From an uncultured Alphaproteobacteria bacterium (GTDB taxonomy: Bacteria > Pseudomonadota > Alphaproteobacteria > HIMB59 > GCA-002718135), in the NCBI GenBank assembly GCA_902577945.1, contig CACHBB010000005.1:666-64665 (forward strand): a DNA stretch of 64,000 nt. Reading direction: 5' to 3'. Positions within the stretch are counted from its first letter, which is position 1. Every line of letters begins with the position of its first letter. The notes under the pieces were generated by a model. It was not told the origin of the DNA. It searched no databases and saw nothing but the letters and a program-made list of their open reading frames with translations. Shown one piece after another: positions 60,304 to 64,000 of this stretch. The position numbers and the translations under genes are program-made.

Positions 60304-60771
60304 TTATTTTTTTAATTTATGAATTAAGGCTAAATTACCTGGATCAAAACTACTTTTATTATTTTCAATAAAATTAACTATTCTGCTTTGCTTTTCTTGT
60401 TCTATTTCTACTACTTTCCTAATATTTAGATCTACATACAATGAGCATACTTCTGTTGTTGCAGCTCTATAGCCTTCCTCTTTATGAGTCATTTCTAACT
60501 TGTAAATTAATCTTTTTTTATCTCTATCTAAAAATAATAAGTTTATATCTACCTCATCACCTTCTTTTACTTCTTTATCATAGGTTGTATGTGACTCCAC
60601 TGCAAAGGTTGTTTTTTTTTCTTTTTTTGCAGAGTCTTCACCCATATTAAATTTCTGAAGAAGCACCTCCCAACCTGCATCAAATAAATGAATATAAAAA
60701 GCTAAATTCATGTGGCCATTATAATCAGTCCATTCTTTTTTAACTTTTCCAGAATTTAAATATATTTTCAT
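60304..60771 (-). CDS. Hotdog-fold acyl-CoA thioesterase (4HBT-like); candidate betainyl-CoA thioesterase
   Basis: 155 aa. N-terminal EWTDYNGHMNLAFYIHLFD is typical of the 4HBT/YbgC class. Divergent from the BKACE-lcdH pair. Confidence 0.6.
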   Translation of the reverse strand: MKIYLNSGKVKKEWTDYNGHMNLAFYIHLFDAGWEVLLQKFNMGEDSAKKEKKTTFAVESHTTYDKEVKEGDEVDINLLFLDRDKKRLIYKLEMTHKEEGYRAATTEVCSLYVDLNIRKVVEIEQEKQSRIVNFIENNKSSFDPGNLALIHKLKK

Positions 60772-60813
60772 AATTTTCTTTTATAATTATAAATATACTA
60801 GTAGATTAAAAAA

Positions 60814-61704
60814 ATGAATAATGAAGTAATAATTTCTTGCGCTGTTACTGGTTCTGGTGACACAGCAAATAAACACCCAGAATTACCTATAACGCCTAAA
60901 CAAATAGCAGATGCTTCTATTGATGCTGCAAAAGCTGGTGCTGCAATAGCTCATATTCATGTAAGAGAGTCAGATGGTAAACCATCAAGAAAATTAGAAT
61001 ATTATAAAGAAGTTGCTGATCGCATAAGATCTTCAGATACAGATGTAATTCTAAACTTTACTACAGGAATGGGTGGAGATTTTGAAGTTGGAACAGAAAA
61101 AGACCCTCTGAATCCTGTCGGTCCAAATACAGATATGATTGATGCTTTAAGTAGGTTGGAGCATGTAGAAGAATTGCTCCCTGAAATATGTACTTTAGAT
61201 TGTGGAACACTCAACTTTGGTGATTCAAATATGACTTTCGTTCATACTCCAATGCAACTTCGATCTGCAGCAAAAAAAATGCAAGAGCTTGGGGTTAAAC
61301 CAGAAATGGAAGCTTTTGAAATGGGTCACTTATGGTTTGCAAATCAACTTTATAAAGAAGGTTTAATTGATGGGCCTCCTTTGTATCAAATATGTCTTGG
61401 AATCCCCTGGGGATCTCCTGCTACAACAACCGCAATGAAAGCAATGGCTGACATGGTTCCTAAAGAAGGCTTCTGGGCTGGATTTGGTATTGGAAGAACA
61501 CAAATGCCGATGGCAGCACAGGCAGTTATTTTAGGTGGAAATGTAAGAGTAGGACTAGAAGATAATCTTTATCTTAAAAAAGGTGTTTTTGCTTCTAATG
61601 CTCAACTTGTTGAAAAAGCTAGATGCATTGTTGAAGACTTAGGATCATCTATACTTAATCCAGAACAAGTTAGAGAAAAATTAAAATTAAAAAAACATTT
61701 TTAG
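60814..61704 (+). CDS. BKACE-family (3-keto-5-aminohexanoate cleavage enzyme-like, DUF849) beta-keto acid cleavage enzyme; candidate dehydrocarnitine cleavage enzyme
   Basis: [40 protein letters not shown] and [14 protein letters not shown] motifs typical of BKACE TIM-barrel enzymes. Confidence 0.85.
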   Translation: MNNEVIISCAVTGSGDTANKHPELPITPKQIADASIDAAKAGAAIAHIHVRESDGKPSRKLEYYKEVADRIRSSDTDVILNFTTGMGGDFEVGTEKDPLNPVGPNTDMIDALSRLEHVEELLPEICTLDCGTLNFGDSNMTFVHTPMQLRSAAKKMQELGVKPEMEAFEMGHLWFANQLYKEGLIDGPPLYQICLGIPWGSPATTTAMKAMADMVPKEGFWAGFGIGRTQMPMAAQAVILGGNVRVGLEDNLYLKKGVFASNAQLVEKARCIVEDLGSSILNPEQVREKLKLKKHF

Positions 61705-61705
61705 T

Positions 61706-62635
61706 TTGAAAAATATCAAAAATATTTCTGTAATAGGAACTGGGGTTATAGGTACTGGTTGGATATTGCGTTTTTTAGCATGTAATAAAAAAGTTACAGC
61801 TTTTGATAAAAATAAAAAACAAATAGAATATCTTAAAAAAGAAATAGTTAGGACTAAACCAATTATTCAAAAATTATATAAAAGAAAAATTAACTTAAAA
61901 AATCTTAATATTGCAAATAATTTAGATGAAGCAGTAAAGGATTCAGATCTAATTCAAGAAAATATTCCTGAAAGATTACAATTAAAAAAACTAGTTATCA
62001 AAAATATTAGTAAATTTGCACCAAAACAATCAATTATAGCTTCAAGTTCTTCTGGATTGTTACCTTCAAAATTGCAATCAGAATGTATTAATCCGCAAAG
62101 GTTTATTATTGCGCACCCCTTTAATCCTGTTTATATTTTGCCTTTAGTTGAAATAGTTAAAAGCAATAAGACCAGTAATATTTATTTTAAGAGAGCAAAT
62201 ACATTTTATAAAAATATTAAAATGAAAACTCTTTTGTTGGAAAAAGAGCTACCGGGATTTCTATCTGATAGATTGCAAGAGGCATTATGGAGAGAGGGAT
62301 TGCATATAATAAATGATGGCTATGGCACAACAGAGGATTTAGATGATGCGATCACTTACGGACCTGGTATGCGTTGGGCCTTAATGGGTACATTTCTTAC
62401 ATTTCATTTAGCTGGTGGTGAATTAGGTATGAAACATATGTTAGATCAGTTTGGACCAGCTTTAAAGCTTCCTTGGACAAAATTAAAATCACCTAAATTA
62501 AGTAAGGAATTAAAACAAAAAATAATTAATGGCACTGCTATACAATCTAAAAAATTATCTATTAATAAACTAAGTAATTTAAGAGATAACTTTTTAATTG
62601 ATTTGATTGAATTAAAGAAAAAATATAAATTATAA
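61706..62635 (+). CDS. lcdH: L-carnitine dehydrogenase-like 3-hydroxyacyl-CoA dehydrogenase family protein
   Basis: NAD fold VIGTGVIGTGW, SSSSGLLPS, AHPFNPVYILPLVEIV, EALWREGLHIINDG and FGPALKLPWT match what I recall of Pseudomonas LcdH. TTG start 1 nt after the BKACE stop. Confidence 0.7.
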   Translation: MKNIKNISVIGTGVIGTGWILRFLACNKKVTAFDKNKKQIEYLKKEIVRTKPIIQKLYKRKINLKNLNIANNLDEAVKDSDLIQENIPERLQLKKLVIKNISKFAPKQSIIASSSSGLLPSKLQSECINPQRFIIAHPFNPVYILPLVEIVKSNKTSNIYFKRANTFYKNIKMKTLLLEKELPGFLSDRLQEALWREGLHIINDGYGTTEDLDDAITYGPGMRWALMGTFLTFHLAGGELGMKHMLDQFGPALKLPWTKLKSPKLSKELKQKIINGTAIQSKKLSINKLSNLRDNFLIDLIELKKKYKL

Positions 62636-62637
62636 AT

Positions 62638-63645
62638 ATGACAAAAACTTGTAAATATGTTGCTTTAAAAAACTATATTCCCCAAGGATTACCATCAGAA
62701 GATGATTTTGAAATAAAAACAAAAGAAATTAAATTAAATAACAAAAATAATATTCACGTTATAAATTCTTGGATTTCTGTTGATCCTTATATGAGAGCGA
62801 GAATGACAGAGAGAAAAAATTATAAACCGCCATTTAAATTAGGTGAAGAAATGGAAGGTTATGCAATTGGTTCAGTTCAAGAGTCAGATGATGATAATTT
62901 TAAAATAGGTGATACAGTTTTTAGTAATTTTGGAATGAGAGATAATTTTGTTTGTAATAGTAGTCAATTAAAAAAAATTCATTCTACAGATTTGCCTATT
63001 CAATCTTACTTAGGTCCACTAGGTATGACAGGACAAACAGCTTACATAGGTCTATTTAATTATGGGAAATTAAAATCTGGACAATCCGTGCTTGTTTCAT
63101 CAGCTGGTGGTAGTGTTGGATCGACAGTATGTCAGATTGCTAAAAATTTAGGTTGTACTGTTTATGCAAGCACTGGGTCTGATGAAAAAGTTAAATGGTT
63201 AAAAAATGAACTCCACGTAGATCATGCATTTAATTATAATAAAGTTGAAAATCTTGTTCTACATTTTAAAGAGATATGTCCAGAAGGTTTTGATCTATAT
63301 TTTGATAATGTTGGTGGTGATTTTTTAGAGTCTGCAATATTCAGAATGAAAAACTTTGGAAGAATTGTCATTTGTGGAAGAATATCTCAGATGAATGTAA
63401 CAACACCCCCAAGTGGTTTAAAAAATATGGCTCATGTGCTTGTGAAAAGATTAACCATAAAAGGCTTTTTAATATTTGATCATGAAAATGATAATGAGCC
63501 ATTTGAAACCGATATGAAAGATTGGTTAAAAAATAATAAAATAAAATTTAAAGAGACAGTTTACGAGGGTTTAGAAAACGCCCCTAAAGCATTTATTGAT
63601 TTACTTAATGGAAAAAATATAGGGAAGATGTTAGTTAAGATCTAA
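62638..63645 (+). CDS. NADP-dependent medium-chain reductase (YncB/CurA/LTB4-12-HD-like alkenal/enone reductase family)
   Basis: SVDPYMRARM, PLGMTGQTAY and SSAGGSVGSTVCQIAK nucleotide-binding motif, C-terminal NIGKMLVKI. Confidence 0.8.
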   Translation: MTKTCKYVALKNYIPQGLPSEDDFEIKTKEIKLNNKNNIHVINSWISVDPYMRARMTERKNYKPPFKLGEEMEGYAIGSVQESDDDNFKIGDTVFSNFGMRDNFVCNSSQLKKIHSTDLPIQSYLGPLGMTGQTAYIGLFNYGKLKSGQSVLVSSAGGSVGSTVCQIAKNLGCTVYASTGSDEKVKWLKNELHVDHAFNYNKVENLVLHFKEICPEGFDLYFDNVGGDFLESAIFRMKNFGRIVICGRISQMNVTTPPSGLKNMAHVLVKRLTIKGFLIFDHENDNEPFETDMKDWLKNNKIKFKETVYEGLENAPKAFIDLLNGKNIGKMLVKI

Positions 63646-64000
63646 ATTGTTACATATGGAGATGTCCCCCGATATTTGATATCAAGCTTCAACTCTTTAT
63701 CGATTGGTGGAAATGCTCTTTGTTGACATTCAACCCTTGGACATATTCTACAAGAAACACCAATTGGCATTTGTAATTTCTTGTTTGTAAGATCTATTCC
63801 TTCAGAATAAACCAAATCTTTTGCATATTTCATGTCACACCCTAGACCAATAGAAACAAAACTTTTTGGCATGCCATGTTTTTCAATCCCCTTTTCAAAT
63901 GCTCTTGCTATACAAAAATATACTTTTCCATCAGGCATTTTTGAAATTTGCGGGTGAATTTTTCCTGGATTTAAGAAAGCAGTATAAACATTCCATCTTG
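63642..64000 (-). CDS. C-terminal part of an XRE / ImmA-IrrE / DUF2083-type regulator (ScfR/RamB-like short-chain acyl-CoA-responsive regulator); 5' end outside the window
   Basis: The frame stays open upstream of the ATG at 63938 to the window edge. Cys-rich CRICPRVECQQRAFPP segment typical of the DUF2083 C-terminal domain. Overlaps the reductase stop by 4 nt. Confidence 0.55.
   Translation of the reverse strand, partial: RWNVYTAFLNPGKIHPQISKMPDGKVYFCIARAFEKGIEKHGMPKSFVSIGLGCDMKYAKDLVYSEGIDLTNKKLQMPIGVSCRICPRVECQQRAFPPIDKELKLDIKYRGTSPYVTI

Noticed and set aside
1-64000. Searched for CRISPR arrays, IS elements, integrases, phage genes, toxin-antitoxin pairs and compositionally atypical islands
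   Set aside because: I saw no regularly spaced direct repeats, terminal inverted repeats, transposase or integrase-like ORFs, or small paired ORFs. Composition looks uniform apart from slightly GC-richer conserved or highly expressed genes.

Overview
AT-rich (roughly 30% GC by eye), very gene-dense chromosomal segment. Gene order and protein content indicate a streamlined marine alphaproteobacterium, most consistent with SAR11/Pelagibacterales. Intergenic spacers are mostly under 60 bp, and many genes overlap by 1-47 nt, including six convergent pairs (4-24 nt). About 66 protein genes and one tRNA-Leu(UAA) are supported. I found no rRNA, CRISPR array, transposase/integrase, prophage or obvious horizontally acquired island. 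Positions 1-51 kb are core housekeeping: lptG-lptD-surA-pdxA-rsmA; gmk-mltG-fabF-acpP-fabG-fabD; rpsF-rpsR-rplI-dnaB-alr; yfgM-bamB-der; guaA; an RND efflux pair; icd; alaS; recA; dksA; moaA; purB; rpsD; cimA; gltX; nadE; a DAHP synthase; glmU; tsaC. Positions 51-64 kb are the most accessory-like part. They hold a contiguous block for nitrogen-rich organic compounds: agmatine deiminase, N-carbamoylputrescine amidase, a polyamine ABC transporter, and PuuA-like and PuuB-like gamma-glutamylation enzymes. This block abuts an L-carnitine dehydrogenase / BKACE / thioesterase module, predicted to convert carnitine to glycine betaine. An uncharacterised HD-domain protein with a diiron-oxygenase-like ligand pattern sits between the two. 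I see no clear evidence of a wholly new system such as a defence island. The best candidates for follow-up are the HD-domain protein in its catabolic context, the carnitine module, a ~95-residue two-helix insertion in the RND pump, tandem GTTC-N7-GTTC-type boxes upstream of recA, an orphan small ParA-like ATPase, and an RBS-occluding perfect hairpin between the polyamine binding-protein and ATPase genes. All functional calls come from motif recognition and synteny by eye; no database search was run.
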